Origin: a virus | Length of the DNA: 64,000 nucleotides | Virus record (IMG/VR): IMGVR_UViG_3300022910_000005 | Span: 1-64,000 of that record | Direction: 5' to 3' (one strand) | Part shown: positions 17,712 to 29,794 of the stretch, piece after piece | Layout: each line of letters starts with the position of its first letter | How positions within the stretch are numbered: position 1 is the stretch's first letter | Position numbers and translations under genes: made by a program | Notes under the pieces: generated by a model | Told to the model about the DNA's origin: nothing | The model's database searches: none | The model's input: the letters and a program-made list of their open reading frames with translations, nothing else

Positions 17712-18206
17712 ATGAAGGCCAGCGAGATCCGGACGGACGGCACCGAGTACGCCTACCAGCGCAACGTCCACTCCTACGGACGCCGGGTGAAGGTGCTCCA
17801 GAAGGCCACCGTCCCCAGTTACGGCTACAACATGGCGCAGTCCGGTTGGCTGGTGGAGTTCCTCGACCAGCCGGTGTCCAGCGACCGGCGCGGCACTCCG
17901 AAGGGGCTCACCAAGGCCGTCACCAGCCGCCAGATCACCGCCCTGTGGGAGGTGTTCGACGCGCAGGCCAAGGCCGACCGTGAGCAGCGCGCTGCCGAGA
18001 AGGCCGCCTACGACGCAGAACTCGCCAAGCAGGAGCAGGCAGTGAAGGCGCTCGGTGCCCTGTTCGAGCAGTACGGCATCGCTGAGGGCATTCGACCGAC
18101 CAGCCGGATGCGCTTCACCGCGTTCGACTTGAACAGCCTCCTGGAGGATCTGATGACCGCCGTCACCAACGAGTACGTGGGCGATTCGACCACCGAGAAG
18201 TTCTGA
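17712..18206 (+). CDS. hypothetical protein
   Basis: GGAG RBS; after promoter/operator at 17650. Confidence 0.65.
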   Translation: MKASEIRTDGTEYAYQRNVHSYGRRVKVLQKATVPSYGYNMAQSGWLVEFLDQPVSSDRRGTPKGLTKAVTSRQITALWEVFDAQAKADREQRAAEKAAYDAELAKQEQAVKALGALFEQYGIAEGIRPTSRMRFTAFDLNSLLEDLMTAVTNEYVGDSTTEKF

Positions 18207-18248
18207 CCAGCAAGGTTTTATGTCCGACCCGACAACGAGAATGGAATC

Positions 18249-18800
18249 ATGAGCATCGACCAGGACCCCATCTTCAAGCCCACCACGACCGCCGCCCCGT
18301 ACCGCACGAAGGGCGTCGCGACCGGCGGCTCCAGCGCTGACGGATCGTCCGCCGACCGGGCGCTGCGGGAGGCCGGAGACGGCACCCTGTCCGCCCGCCA
18401 GGTGACGATCCTCCAGATCCTCGAACAGGCCGGACCGACCGGCCGCACGTACATCGAGATCGCCGACGCCACCAAGTCACGCGGCGGGGCGGTGACCGGC
18501 GCGCTGTCCGTCCTGCACAAGGCGGGCCTGGTGGCGGCGCTGAAGACGGACGGCATCCCGAACAACTCCCGCAACGGCTGCGGCATCTACGTCCTGCCCG
18601 AGCACGTCAACGGTCGGATCACCCGCAAGTTCACCGGCAACAAGAAGGTGGACGCCCGCCCGCGCCTGAACGACGCCGAGCGGGAACTGGTGAAGACCCT
18701 GAAGGCGGCCCTGCCGCAGTACAACGACCGGCCGTCGATGCCCCTGCGTCCGGCGTCCGTGAAGACCCTGGTGGCCGCCCTCGAACGGCTGGACGGCTGA
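18249..18800 (+). CDS. winged-helix DNA-binding protein
   Basis: LSARQ..ILQIL...G.TYIEIA...VTGALSVLHKAGLV. Confidence 0.7.
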   Translation: MSIDQDPIFKPTTTAAPYRTKGVATGGSSADGSSADRALREAGDGTLSARQVTILQILEQAGPTGRTYIEIADATKSRGGAVTGALSVLHKAGLVAALKTDGIPNNSRNGCGIYVLPEHVNGRITRKFTGNKKVDARPRLNDAERELVKTLKAALPQYNDRPSMPLRPASVKTLVAALERLDG

Positions 18801-19787
18801 TGCTGCCGACGAAGATCCGCTCGATCAAGCAGCCGAACTGGACTGACGAACTGACCTGGTCCGTCCACCAGAGCGGCCGGTGCGTGGCCGACGTCGACCA
18901 TGACTGGCGTGTCTCCTGCGACGTGAACGGCAACGACGCCGTCTACTGGAACAAGGGCACGCCGTTCAATCGCACGTACTGCGCGACGCTGGTCAAGGCG
19001 CTGTCTGCCCTCGACTACCGGCCCGACGGGCAAGCCCGTTCCTGACGTCGGAGGCCCGAACCGCTGGCCGGACTGGTGCATGGGCTACCAGCCCTACAGT
19101 TCGGCCAGCGAGCCCCGGCTGCGGGTGCTGCCCGGTTTCCGATTCCGGGCCGAGCAGTTCGCTGAGGCGGCCGAAGAACTCACGAAGATCCCGATGGAGG
19201 TCTGGCGCGACCGCGCCGGGCACTGGTCCGTTTCACCGAAAGAGAGCGACTGATGCTGAACACGAACCGCAAGCCGAAACCGCCCACCTGGGCGGAAGGC
19301 TGGCTCCCGATCTGGACCGAGGGGCAGTGGATCGTCCAGTTCACGGACGAGCAGGCCGCCCGGTTCGCCCTGAGGGAGATCCGCACGGCCGACAAGGACC
19401 TGCTGTTCCCGATGCTGGCCGCCGCCCCGTACCCCGGCGGCGGAAACTCCTGGTACATCGGCGAAGTGCATCCGTGAGCGCCAGCAGGGCTGCCGTCAGC
19501 CGTGCGTCCGGCGGCACGAACAAGGCCACCAGCGTCGGCGCTCGCACGCTGCCGAAGACCCGCTCGACCAGCAGCCACACGAAGGGCAACATCCCCGCTT
19601 ACCGCTACTGGGAGCAGGGGTACGGCACGATCACCATCTACGGCCGCCGCGTGGTGCCGTTCCTGTCGGAGGAGACCTGCCGCCGGATCGCCCGCAACGC
19701 GGAGCGGGAGATGAAAGAGCCGATGGACGTACGTAATCCGCCCGGTACCGACCTGTGGGTCTACCGGCCTGTTGACGAGGAGCGACT

Positions 19788-20684
19788 GTGAAGAAGAACC
19801 GCCGCCGCATCCTGCCGACCGTCGGCCGGATCTGGGGCTACCTCGGTGTGGCCCTGGCGCTGGGCACCAGCCTGGCCGGGAACGTTCAGTCCGCCCGCCT
19901 GCACACCCCGCTGGTCGATCCGTCCTGGACGGAGTACGCCTTCAGCGCCCTGCCGCCGCTCGTTGCGTTCGTCGGCATCGAACTGGTGAATCACAACCCG
20001 TGGACTCGCATCTGGTGGGGCAAGTACATCACCCGGGTGCTGTTGTTCGTGGTCGTGCCCGGCAGCGCTCTGGTGTCGTTCGCTCACCTGACGCTGGTCG
20101 GCTTGGACGCTTCAGCGGTGAAGGTGCCGGACGGGTTGCAGGACGTGCTGAACATCGCGACGGCGATCCTCACGTCGCTGTTGGTGGACGGCATGATCCT
20201 GGGCGGTACCGGTGCGCTGCTGCTGCCGACGAAGGTGGAGGACGAGCCGGAGGTGGTCGACGTGGTGCCGGTGGCGGCGATCGAGGCTTACCCGGACTGG
20301 CGTGGCGAGATGGAGCGCCTGCTGGCGACCGGGCGGACGGGTGAGCAGGAACTGCTGGGCCGCATCGCCGCCCTGACGGAGAAGATCGAGAACCTCCCCG
20401 TCGCCCCGGCGCCGACCCCCCGGCGCGAGAAGGTCGTGAAGGCGACCCTGGCTCCGCAGGAGTCGCAGGACAAGAAGGACCAGGTCCGCTGGCCGATCGG
20501 CACGCACCCGCTGTGGAAGGCGTGGCTGGCGGCCCGGGGCACGAAGGACGCCTGGGACGCCGACCGGTACGTGCTGGAAACGAAAGAGCACCTGCACCGC
20601 GACATCAAGCAGAGTGCCGGGCAGACGGCGCTCAACCGGTGGGAGAACGCACTGAAGGCGGACCCGAGCCTGCTGAACGCCTGA
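19788..20684 (+). CDS. DUF2637/SpdA-like multi-TM protein with coiled-coil C-terminus
   Basis: about 4 TM segments; SLAGNV, ALPP, VSFAHL, LLVDGM patterns. Confidence 0.7.
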   Translation: MKKNRRRILPTVGRIWGYLGVALALGTSLAGNVQSARLHTPLVDPSWTEYAFSALPPLVAFVGIELVNHNPWTRIWWGKYITRVLLFVVVPGSALVSFAHLTLVGLDASAVKVPDGLQDVLNIATAILTSLLVDGMILGGTGALLLPTKVEDEPEVVDVVPVAAIEAYPDWRGEMERLLATGRTGEQELLGRIAALTEKIENLPVAPAPTPRREKVVKATLAPQESQDKKDQVRWPIGTHPLWKAWLAARGTKDAWDADRYVLETKEHLHRDIKQSAGQTALNRWENALKADPSLLNA

Positions 20685-20699
20685 TCGTTCCTCCGCGAC

Positions 20700-20765
20700 A
20701 AGCCCGGCCAGCCCCGCCGCTGGCCGGGCTTTCGTTTGACAGGCGCATGACAAGGGTAGTAATGT
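20700..20765 (+). terminator. GCCCGGCC terminator followed by TTGACA promoter
   Basis: AAGCCCGGCCAGC...GCTGGCCGGGCTTT then TTGACA at 20736. Confidence 0.75.
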
Positions 20766-20799
20766 TGAGACATCACCTGCACACGATCAAGGGGTCACC

Positions 20800-21081
20800 A
20801 TGAAGAACCTCCGCAGCGTCGTCCTGTCGCTCGGCCTGGTCGCTGGCGTCGTCCTGCTGTCCGCCTCCTCCTGCGACGAGGACAGCAAGTACAGCCAGCA
20901 CAACAACGACGCTCCGACCGCCAAGGGCAACCACGACAAGGCCGACGTCGGCTACATGCCGGACGGCTTCAGCAACTACGCCACGAAGTGCGACCGGCCC
21001 GGCATCCGGGTGTACGTCCTGTTCCACGAGGACGGCGCGTTCGGCTCCATCAGCGCCATCGCCGACCCGGCCTGCAAGTAA
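20800..21081 (+). CDS. putative lipoprotein
   Basis: hydrophobic leader ending SASSC. Confidence 0.65.
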   Translation: MKNLRSVVLSLGLVAGVVLLSASSCDEDSKYSQHNNDAPTAKGNHDKADVGYMPDGFSNYATKCDRPGIRVYVLFHEDGAFGSISAIADPACK

Positions 21082-21468
21082 TGGCCGCCGACCGCCGCAA
21101 GGACACCAGCGAGGCGCTGACCGAGATCCGCACGGTGCACAGCCGCGCCTGGTCGGCGCTCGATCGGCTGGCCATGAACAACGGCCTGAGCGAGACGCGC
21201 CGGATCGAAGCGTCGTACGACGAGGACGGCGAGTACGTCCCGCCCAGCATCGAGAACTACCGCGACCCGGACGCCGACGAGATGGTGGCTGCCCTGGAGG
21301 CTTTCGTGGCCGCCACCGCCAAGTGGGCGAACCGCAAGCGTAAGGGGCTCTGATGGATCACTGGTACTGGGCCGGTGGATTTCAGGTCGCCGTCTGGGGA
21401 ACGCTCATCCTCCAGGTCGCCACGGGCATCGTCCGTAGCATCGTCAGGGCGGCGAAGGAGGGCAAGAA

Positions 21469-23136
21469 GTGAGCCAGACGAAGATCACCGGCAGCCTCCG
21501 GCAGCAGGTGTTCGACATCCGGCAGAACCCGCGCAAGCCGTCCGAGTTCCGTTGCGACGGCTGCGGCAAGTACTTCGTGCGCACGGCGCTTCAGGTCGAC
21601 CACATCGTCCCGGAGGCGGACTCGCGCCCGGAGGACCGGCTGGACCCGGACAACCTCCAGTTGCTCTGCTACACCAAGGGCTCCACCCGCTGGAATTCCT
21701 GCCACAAGCGGAAGACCTACGAGGAGCATCGACGGCGTGCGGTCCGCAACCGGCCGAAGAAGGACTGGGGGCCGTTCTGGCGGCGGGCTGCCGTGTGCGG
21801 CCTGGTCTTCCCGGCCACCTGGAACTTCTGGGTCAACGGTCAGCAGGAGATGATCGACGACCTGGTGAACGGCGTGCTGATCGAGGCCACCCTCTTCTCC
21901 ACCTATTTGGTCCAGAAAGGTTGGCGGATGCGCCGCCCCCGGCGGATCATTTCGGCCGACCCGGAAATGCTCGACGAGCCCGGCCAGGAGGAGGCGATCG
22001 ACACGCAGCGGATCGTCGAAGCAGCCCGCGAGGTGATGGGCCTGAAGGGCAGCGTGACCGCCCGAGGTGGCCATGAATCGTTCGTGCTGTCCTACGCCGG
22101 AACAGGTTTCGCCGACCATGAGTCGGACAAGCGGTGGAGCCTCCAGGAGAAGATCACCGCGAAGATCGGCGACCGGTGGATCGTCGACTGGAACACGGCG
22201 GAGGACAAGGCCACGTTCACCCGCCGACCGCCGCTGCCGCGCAAGGTGCATCATCCGGGCCTGGACCCGAAGCGGAAGTGGCACGTCCTGCCCGTCGCTG
22301 ACGGGGCCGAGTTCGACCTGCTGGTGACGCCGCACATCCTGATGGCCGGGGAGACGATGTCCGGCAAGACGGCCATGATGCGGGCGATGCTGATCGCCGC
22401 CAGCCAGTCGGCCGCGACCAACGACAACGTCGAGATGAACCTGCTGGACCCGAAACAGATCGAGATGATCGGCTTCCAGGGCTGGCCGGGCGTGAAGAAG
22501 ATCGTCACCGACCCGCACGACCTGTGGGCCTTCGCGATCGGCATGAAAGCCGAGATGGACCGCCGGTACCGGGAAGTGAAGGCTGGCCGGGCGGTGATGT
22601 CCCAGTTCAAGAAGATCATTAACTTCTGGGACGAGCAGGAAGAGTTCTACAACGCCATGCTGGAGTTGTGGCAGAGCGGTGAGAAGGACGAGAACGGTGA
22701 GCCGTACAAGCGCTCCGGAGAACGGGTTCCGCGTGCAGTGCGGGCCGTGGCCAGCCTGCTGGCCATGTCCCGTCGGTGCGGCATCCACAACGTGATCGCC
22801 ACGCAGTCACCGGACGCGCTGATCTTCGGCAAGTCCGGCGTCCGCCAGAACATGCCCGGCCGGGCCAGCGTCGGCGCGATCGACGGCATCCGGGCGGGCT
22901 GGCTGTATGGCGACAGCAGTGTCGGCCGCGACATCCCCTCGAACCTGAAGGGTCGCGCGACGATTCAGATCGGCGACGGCAAGCCGTTCGAGGTGCAGAC
23001 CTTCTGGGTGCCGGACCCGTCCGACGGCGACGCGAACTACGACAACGACCAGGAAGACTGGGCGACCCTGCTGCGGCTGGGGATGCCCACCGAACAGTTG
23101 CCCGAGAAGTTCAATCACCTGCTGGAGGCGGCGTGA
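21469..23136 (+). CDS. HNH-TM-FtsK/SpoIIIE (TraB/TcpA-like) DNA translocase fusion
   Basis: CDGC..LQVDHIVP..DNLQLLC..CHKRKT (HNH); two hydrophobic segments; HILMAGETMSGKT, DPK, EMDRRY, WDE, IATQ (FtsK). Confidence 0.88.
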   Translation: MSQTKITGSLRQQVFDIRQNPRKPSEFRCDGCGKYFVRTALQVDHIVPEADSRPEDRLDPDNLQLLCYTKGSTRWNSCHKRKTYEEHRRRAVRNRPKKDWGPFWRRAAVCGLVFPATWNFWVNGQQEMIDDLVNGVLIEATLFSTYLVQKGWRMRRPRRIISADPEMLDEPGQEEAIDTQRIVEAAREVMGLKGSVTARGGHESFVLSYAGTGFADHESDKRWSLQEKITAKIGDRWIVDWNTAEDKATFTRRPPLPRKVHHPGLDPKRKWHVLPVADGAEFDLLVTPHILMAGETMSGKTAMMRAMLIAASQSAATNDNVEMNLLDPKQIEMIGFQGWPGVKKIVTDPHDLWAFAIGMKAEMDRRYREVKAGRAVMSQFKKIINFWDEQEEFYNAMLELWQSGEKDENGEPYKRSGERVPRAVRAVASLLAMSRRCGIHNVIATQSPDALIFGKSGVRQNMPGRASVGAIDGIRAGWLYGDSSVGRDIPSNLKGRATIQIGDGKPFEVQTFWVPDPSDGDANYDNDQEDWATLLRLGMPTEQLPEKFNHLLEAA

Positions 23137-23463
23137 GTAAGGAAAACGCACCGACCGACGATCGTCATCCGTGGTGCGACACCTGCAAGAGCCCGGCCGT
23201 CTGGAGGGAGGGCCAAGGCTGGATGCATTCGACGCCCGAGCATCCGTTCGGCGTTTGGTCCGACACGTCCGGCCACGAGGTGACCGCCCGCGAGTGGAAC
23301 GCGAAACCACGACCAGGATGGGAGTTCTGATGGCAGTCTGCGAAGGCTGCGGCAGCAAGCGCGGCAAGAAGATGCTCGACCCGTACGAGGAGGACGTGAA
23401 CGACAAGAAGGTCGAGGTCGTCCTCTGCAAGAAGTGCGTTGAGGCTCTCTGCGAGGAGATCTG

Positions 23464-23904
23464 ATGGCGGACCTGCCGACACCGGAGACGGTGGTCCTGG
23501 AGTGGCGGAAGTTCGCTGCGGCACAGCAGATCCCGGTGAACATGCTGGAGAACCTGGAGTTCAGCGTCCATCATGACCACTTCTTCCGGCTGCTGCTGAT
23601 GCGGCTGACGAAGTCCGTGCTGGCTGAGCATCTGGCTGAGGAGGAGTACAGCGCTCGCGCTCGCTTCCCGGCCACCTGGTGGGACCACTGGAAGGAGACG
23701 CATGGGCAGACCTGGCTCGGTCCGCTGTGGATGCGGAAGTGGCCGCCCCGCTTCACGTATCGGGAGGCGACGATGAAGATCGAGCATGCCTTCCTGTATC
23801 CGGAGGCGAACGTCCCGCGTCCGCCAGACATCGGCAAGCCCGTTCGTTACGACCAGATCACCGGACCGTACTGGACCGACGAGAACCAAGGAGACACGCA
23901 GTAA
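23464..23904 (+). CDS. hypothetical protein
   Basis: TGATG coupling. Confidence 0.6.
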   Translation: MADLPTPETVVLEWRKFAAAQQIPVNMLENLEFSVHHDHFFRLLLMRLTKSVLAEHLAEEEYSARARFPATWWDHWKETHGQTWLGPLWMRKWPPRFTYREATMKIEHAFLYPEANVPRPPDIGKPVRYDQITGPYWTDENQGDTQ

Positions 23905-24342
23905 ATGAGCACCAAGACTGGTCCCGCGCACGGCACGTCACGCCGGTACGGCGACCCTCGCTGGATGTGCCGGTGCGACGTGTGCACGGACGGCAATTCC
24001 CGGCGCGCGAAAGAGGCGCGGGACAAGCGGTTCGGCCAGGAGCCGCCGGAGCATGGCGCGTCCGGCTACGCGAACTACGGCTGCACCTGCACGGTCTGCA
24101 CGGAGGGCAACCGGCAGATGCTGGCCGACAAGCGGAACGCGGCCGGACCGGGCGTCAACCGGCGCAAGGAATGGACGGACGCGGAGATCAAGAAGATCAC
24201 CGCGAAGAAGGACGGCCGCCGGTACCAGAAGACGGCGTACCAACTGGCCAAGGAACTGGGCCGGTCGGTCGGTGCGGTGAACCAGCAGCGGTCCATGTGT
24301 AAGGTCAAGTCAGCCACGAAAACCCGCGCCCCCCAGCGGTAG
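23905..24342 (+). CDS. Cys/His-repeat protein with C-terminal HTH
   Basis: two HG...Y..CxCxxC repeats; TAYQLAKELGRSVGAV. Confidence 0.65.
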   Translation: MSTKTGPAHGTSRRYGDPRWMCRCDVCTDGNSRRAKEARDKRFGQEPPEHGASGYANYGCTCTVCTEGNRQMLADKRNAAGPGVNRRKEWTDAEIKKITAKKDGRRYQKTAYQLAKELGRSVGAVNQQRSMCKVKSATKTRAPQR

Positions 24343-24350
24343 ATCCACCA

Positions 24351-24422
24351 GAAGCCCGGCCAGGTGCGCGTCGCCCGGCCGGGCTTCTTGCGTTGACAAC
24401 CGCTTGCCAACTGTGAGAGACT
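24351..24422 (+). terminator. terminator followed by operator-promoter, leaderless start at 24429
   Basis: GAAGCCCGGCC...GGCCGGGCTTC; TTGACA(24393)-N18-GAGACT. Confidence 0.75.
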
Positions 24423-25073
24423 ACATCCATGAGAACAGTAGTCATCATGGAGCACGACGGCACCGGCTACAAGGCCATGCCGATCGCGGTCCTCCAGGTG
24501 GAGGACGCGGACCAGGACTGGCGCGTCAAGGACTGGCTGGAGAGAAACGGCTGGTCCGACATCTACACCCCCGAGGGCAGCGCCTGGTCCAAGTTCGTGC
24601 CGGGCATCTACGGCGGCGAGCGCCGGTTCGCTGGCATCAGCGAACCGATCTTCGTGACGGAGGTGAACTGATGCAGAAGGAGATCCGGTCCTGGGCCGAG
24701 GTGTCCCACGACCGCGACGACGGCACCGACGTCGGCGTCTACGTGCAGATCAAGGGCCACCGCGTGTGGCTCACCACCGACGAGGCGCAGCGCCTGATGA
24801 TGCGCATCAATGCAGCCACCGTCCAGGCCACGCAGGCGAACAAGCGATGACCACCTGTCTCCTCCCCTACTTCGGCGACGAGCCGTGGTCCGCCACCTGT
24901 ACCCGCTCGCTTTACCACGACGGCGACCATGAAGGCCCCGCCTTCGACGTCGAGCCGCTCGGCGTGGTGGTGACCGACGGCATCTCCCTGCCGCCCGGCG
25001 CGGTGGTGTCCGGTCACTACCGGAGAATCGAACTGGGAACGAAGCGCTGGAACGACAACCAGGAGGTACAGCA

Positions 25074-26678
<1,605 letters not shown>

Positions 26679-26741
26679 TGATCCGATTACTCTGGGGGTC
26701 CTAGCGTGTGCTAGGCCCTTCAGACGTTTAGGAGCACCACC

Positions 26742-27167
26742 GTGGCCAACCAACTCCTGGGACCGGGACGAGAGGGCTTCCTGCTCGGCGAGATCGACTG
26801 GGACACCGCGACCATCAAGATCTCGGCCGTCCGTGGCTACACCTTCTCGTCCAGCCACAAGTTCGTCTCCGACGCGACCGGCGCAGGCGCGACCCTGGTG
26901 GCCACGGCCACCCTCGGCTCGAAGACCGGCACGAACGGCACCGCCGACGCGGCCGACGCAACGTTCACCGCCGTGGCCGCAGGCGCAGCGATCACCAGCC
27001 TGCTGATCTACCAGGCCAGCGCCGTGACCGGCGGCGCGGACGTCGCTTCCAGCGCGCAGCGTCTCATCGGCTACATCGACACGGCCACCGGTCTGCCGGT
27101 CACGCCCAATGGTGGGGACGTGGTAGTACAGTTCGATAACGGCAGTAACAAAATTTTTACCCTCTAG
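26742..27167 (+). CDS. putative virion structural protein
   Basis: Ala/Thr/Gly-rich, LIGYID...PNGGDV; AGGAG RBS; precedes the repeat fibre. Confidence 0.6.
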   Translation: MANQLLGPGREGFLLGEIDWDTATIKISAVRGYTFSSSHKFVSDATGAGATLVATATLGSKTGTNGTADAADATFTAVAAGAAITSLLIYQASAVTGGADVASSAQRLIGYIDTATGLPVTPNGGDVVVQFDNGSNKIFTL

Positions 27168-27216
27168 GGCCGTAGCCGCCTCTGCCGCAGCACTTCTCAC
27201 CCGATAGGAGCCCCAG

Positions 27217-29505
27217 GTGCCCGGTCTCATCGGCCCCTGGGGCTTCGAGGGTCAGTCCAGCGGGACGCAACCGTCTGTCGCGAACTCGGACGACTTCGGC
27301 GACCCGGCGTTCTCGTCGGTCTCGACCGGCGGTGGCATGTGCACGTACTCATCGGCGCAGGCCAAGTACGGCACGATGTCGCTGCGGTTCAACATCACGA
27401 CGGCGGCAACGGCGGCGATCGTCGACTCGGCGGACACCGCCTCGTCCAGCGTCGCCGCGCACTGCTGGATCTACATCGGCACATCACCCGGCGGCGAGAT
27501 CCAGGGCCCGATCGTGTTCCGGAACGCTGCCGGTGCGGTGAACGTCGCTCGCGTGCAGATGACCGCGACGAACCAGTTCCGCAACGTCTTCATCACGGGC
27601 GGCACCGGGACGGCCAGTACCGCGACCATCTCGACGGCCGGTTGGTATCGGGTCGAGGCCGTGGTGACCGGCGCGACCGGCGTCGCGTCGGCGCTGAGCA
27701 TGACGTCGAACGTGTACGACTCGTCCGGCTCCCTGGTGGTGGCCGTCCCGGCATTGACCGGCGGCACGGGCGGCAACATCGACACGATCCGCTGGGGCAA
27801 GGCAGGCGGTTCGTTCACCGTCGACTTCTGGCTCGACGACCTGCGGATGAACTTCGGGTCCGGTACCGAGATCGGCATCCCGACCCAGACGTTGACCCCG
27901 GCTGGCCTGGCGACCGTCGAATCGTGGGGCACGCAGGTGCTCACCCCCGGCTCGGTGAACGTCACCCCGGCCGGGATCATCGCGGCCGAGCAGTGGGGCA
28001 GCGCCCTGCTGACGCCCGGTTCGGTGGCCGTGGCCCCGACCGGCCTGGCGACCGGCGAGACGTTCGGCTCCGACACGGTGACGCCCGGCCAGGTGGCTGT
28101 CTCCCCGGCGGGGATCGCGTCGGCCGCCGCGTTCGGCTCCGACACGGTCGCGCCCGGTTCCGTCAGCGTCGCGCCGTCCGGCCTGGCGACTGGCGAGGCG
28201 TTCGGGTCGGCCACGGTCACCAGCAAGGCGACGATCAGCCCGGCCGGGGTCGCGTCGGCCGAGGCGTTCGGGTCGGCGACCGCTGGCATCGTCGTGGTCG
28301 CCGTCAGCCCGTCCGGGCTGGCCAGCGGTGAGGCGTTCGGCAGCAGCATGGTGGTGCCCGGCCAGGCGGCTGTCGCCCCGGCGGGGATCGCGTCGGCCGC
28401 CGCGTTCGGCAGCGCCACGGTGGCCGCTGCGGCTGCCGTCATCGCTCCGGCGGGGATTGCGAGCGGCGAGGCGTTCGGGGCCGGGAGCGTCCAGCCTGGG
28501 GCTGCTGTGGTGGCACCGAGCGGGCTCGCCTCCGGCGAATCGTGGGGCACCGCGACGATCCGCAGCAGCGTCACGCCCACCGGCCTGGCCAGCGCGGAGG
28601 CGTTCGGGTCGGCCACCATCGTCAGCGTCGTCGCGCCGGGTGGGGTGGCGACCGGCGAACAGTGGGGCGCACCGGCCATCAGCCGGGCGCTGACGGCCTC
28701 CGGCATCGCGTCGGCCGAGGTGTTCGGGACCGCGTCCGTCGTGCCGGGAGCGTCCAACGTCGCGCCGTCCGGCGTGCCTACTGGGGAGACGTGGGGCGAG
28801 CCATTCGTCGGCGCGGGCGGGGCCCGGCTCAGCCCCGTCACGATCCCCACCGGGGAGCAGTGGGGAACCGCCGCGCTCATCCCCGGCCCGGCACCGACGA
28901 TCCTCCCGCCGCCGATCGCGACCGGCGAACAGTTCGGCACGCCCCGGATCGACACCGGCCCGGCGCTGCCCGTCGGCCTGCCGTCCGCCGAAGCGTGGGG
29001 CGAGACGGCGGTCAAGCCGCAGCCGGTCGTCATCAGCGTGGCCGGGATCGCCAGCGCGGAAGCGTGGGGCCAACCGGACACGCTGCCGGGGGCCGCCGTC
29101 ATCTCCCCGGCAGGCATCCCGTGGGGGCAGGCGTGGGGAAGCCCGATCGTCGGCCCCGGCTACACCCCGATCATCCCGGCCAGCATCACTACGGGCGAGG
29201 CGTTCGGCACGCCATCCATCAGCACCCGGGCGACCATCTCGCCGTCCGGGATCGGCACCGGGGAAGCGTTCGGTCTGCCGACGCTGCACCTGCGGCTGCG
29301 CCTGGCCGGGATCGGCACCAGCGCTGCCTGGGGCTCGCCGACGATAGTCCTGGGTGTCGACCCGGACGGCCGGGACGTGGACCTGGTGGGCATCCTCGCT
29401 GACCAGGGCCGCATTGGCACTATCCTGGCTGAACAGGGCCGCGTCTCAACAGGACTCGCGACACAGGGGCGGATCACCGCCGGATTGAGGGACCAGGATG
29501 GCTGA
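27217..29505 (+). CDS. repeat-containing fibre-like protein with N-terminal beta-sandwich domain
   Basis: about 22 repeats of 20-24 aa, P(A/S)G(I/L)A(S/T)xEx(F/W)G. Confidence 0.7.
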   Translation: MPGLIGPWGFEGQSSGTQPSVANSDDFGDPAFSSVSTGGGMCTYSSAQAKYGTMSLRFNITTAATAAIVDSADTASSSVAAHCWIYIGTSPGGEIQGPIVFRNAAGAVNVARVQMTATNQFRNVFITGGTGTASTATISTAGWYRVEAVVTGATGVASALSMTSNVYDSSGSLVVAVPALTGGTGGNIDTIRWGKAGGSFTVDFWLDDLRMNFGSGTEIGIPTQTLTPAGLATVESWGTQVLTPGSVNVTPAGIIAAEQWGSALLTPGSVAVAPTGLATGETFGSDTVTPGQVAVSPAGIASAAAFGSDTVAPGSVSVAPSGLATGEAFGSATVTSKATISPAGVASAEAFGSATAGIVVVAVSPSGLASGEAFGSSMVVPGQAAVAPAGIASAAAFGSATVAAAAAVIAPAGIASGEAFGAGSVQPGAAVVAPSGLASGESWGTATIRSSVTPTGLASAEAFGSATIVSVVAPGGVATGEQWGAPAISRALTASGIASAEVFGTASVVPGASNVAPSGVPTGETWGEPFVGAGGARLSPVTIPTGEQWGTAALIPGPAPTILPPPIATGEQFGTPRIDTGPALPVGLPSAEAWGETAVKPQPVVISVAGIASAEAWGQPDTLPGAAVISPAGIPWGQAWGSPIVGPGYTPIIPASITTGEAFGTPSISTRATISPSGIGTGEAFGLPTLHLRLRLAGIGTSAAWGSPTIVLGVDPDGRDVDLVGILADQGRIGTILAEQGRVSTGLATQGRITAGLRDQDG

Positions 29506-29794
29506 CGAACTCACGCAGTGGAGTGTCGCTGCGGAGACCAAGGAGTGGGTCGGCCCGATCACGGTGACCGCCGACGGTGTGCCGACGAGCGCCTTCGAGG
29601 TGACCCTGACGGAGCCGGGCGCTCGCCCGGCCGACTGGGTGACGGCCACCCTGCTGGACGGCGGCCGGGGCATCCTGATCGGCGAAGGCACCGACTTCAC
29701 CCTGGTGGCCGGACGCAAGTACACGGTGTGGATCAAGTTCACGGACGACCCGGAGATCCCCGTGCAGCGCGTCGGCAACGTGAGGACGTACTGA
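29498..29794 (+). CDS. putative fibre anchor/Ig-like virion protein
   Basis: overlaps the fibre gene; L..G..YTVW..F.D.PEIPV pattern. Confidence 0.5.
   Translation: MADELTQWSVAAETKEWVGPITVTADGVPTSAFEVTLTEPGARPADWVTATLLDGGRGILIGEGTDFTLVAGRKYTVWIKFTDDPEIPVQRVGNVRTY

Noticed and set aside
27471-29289. 548-aa and 601-aa minus-strand repetitive ORFs
   Set aside because: Mirror frames of the repeat fibre gene.
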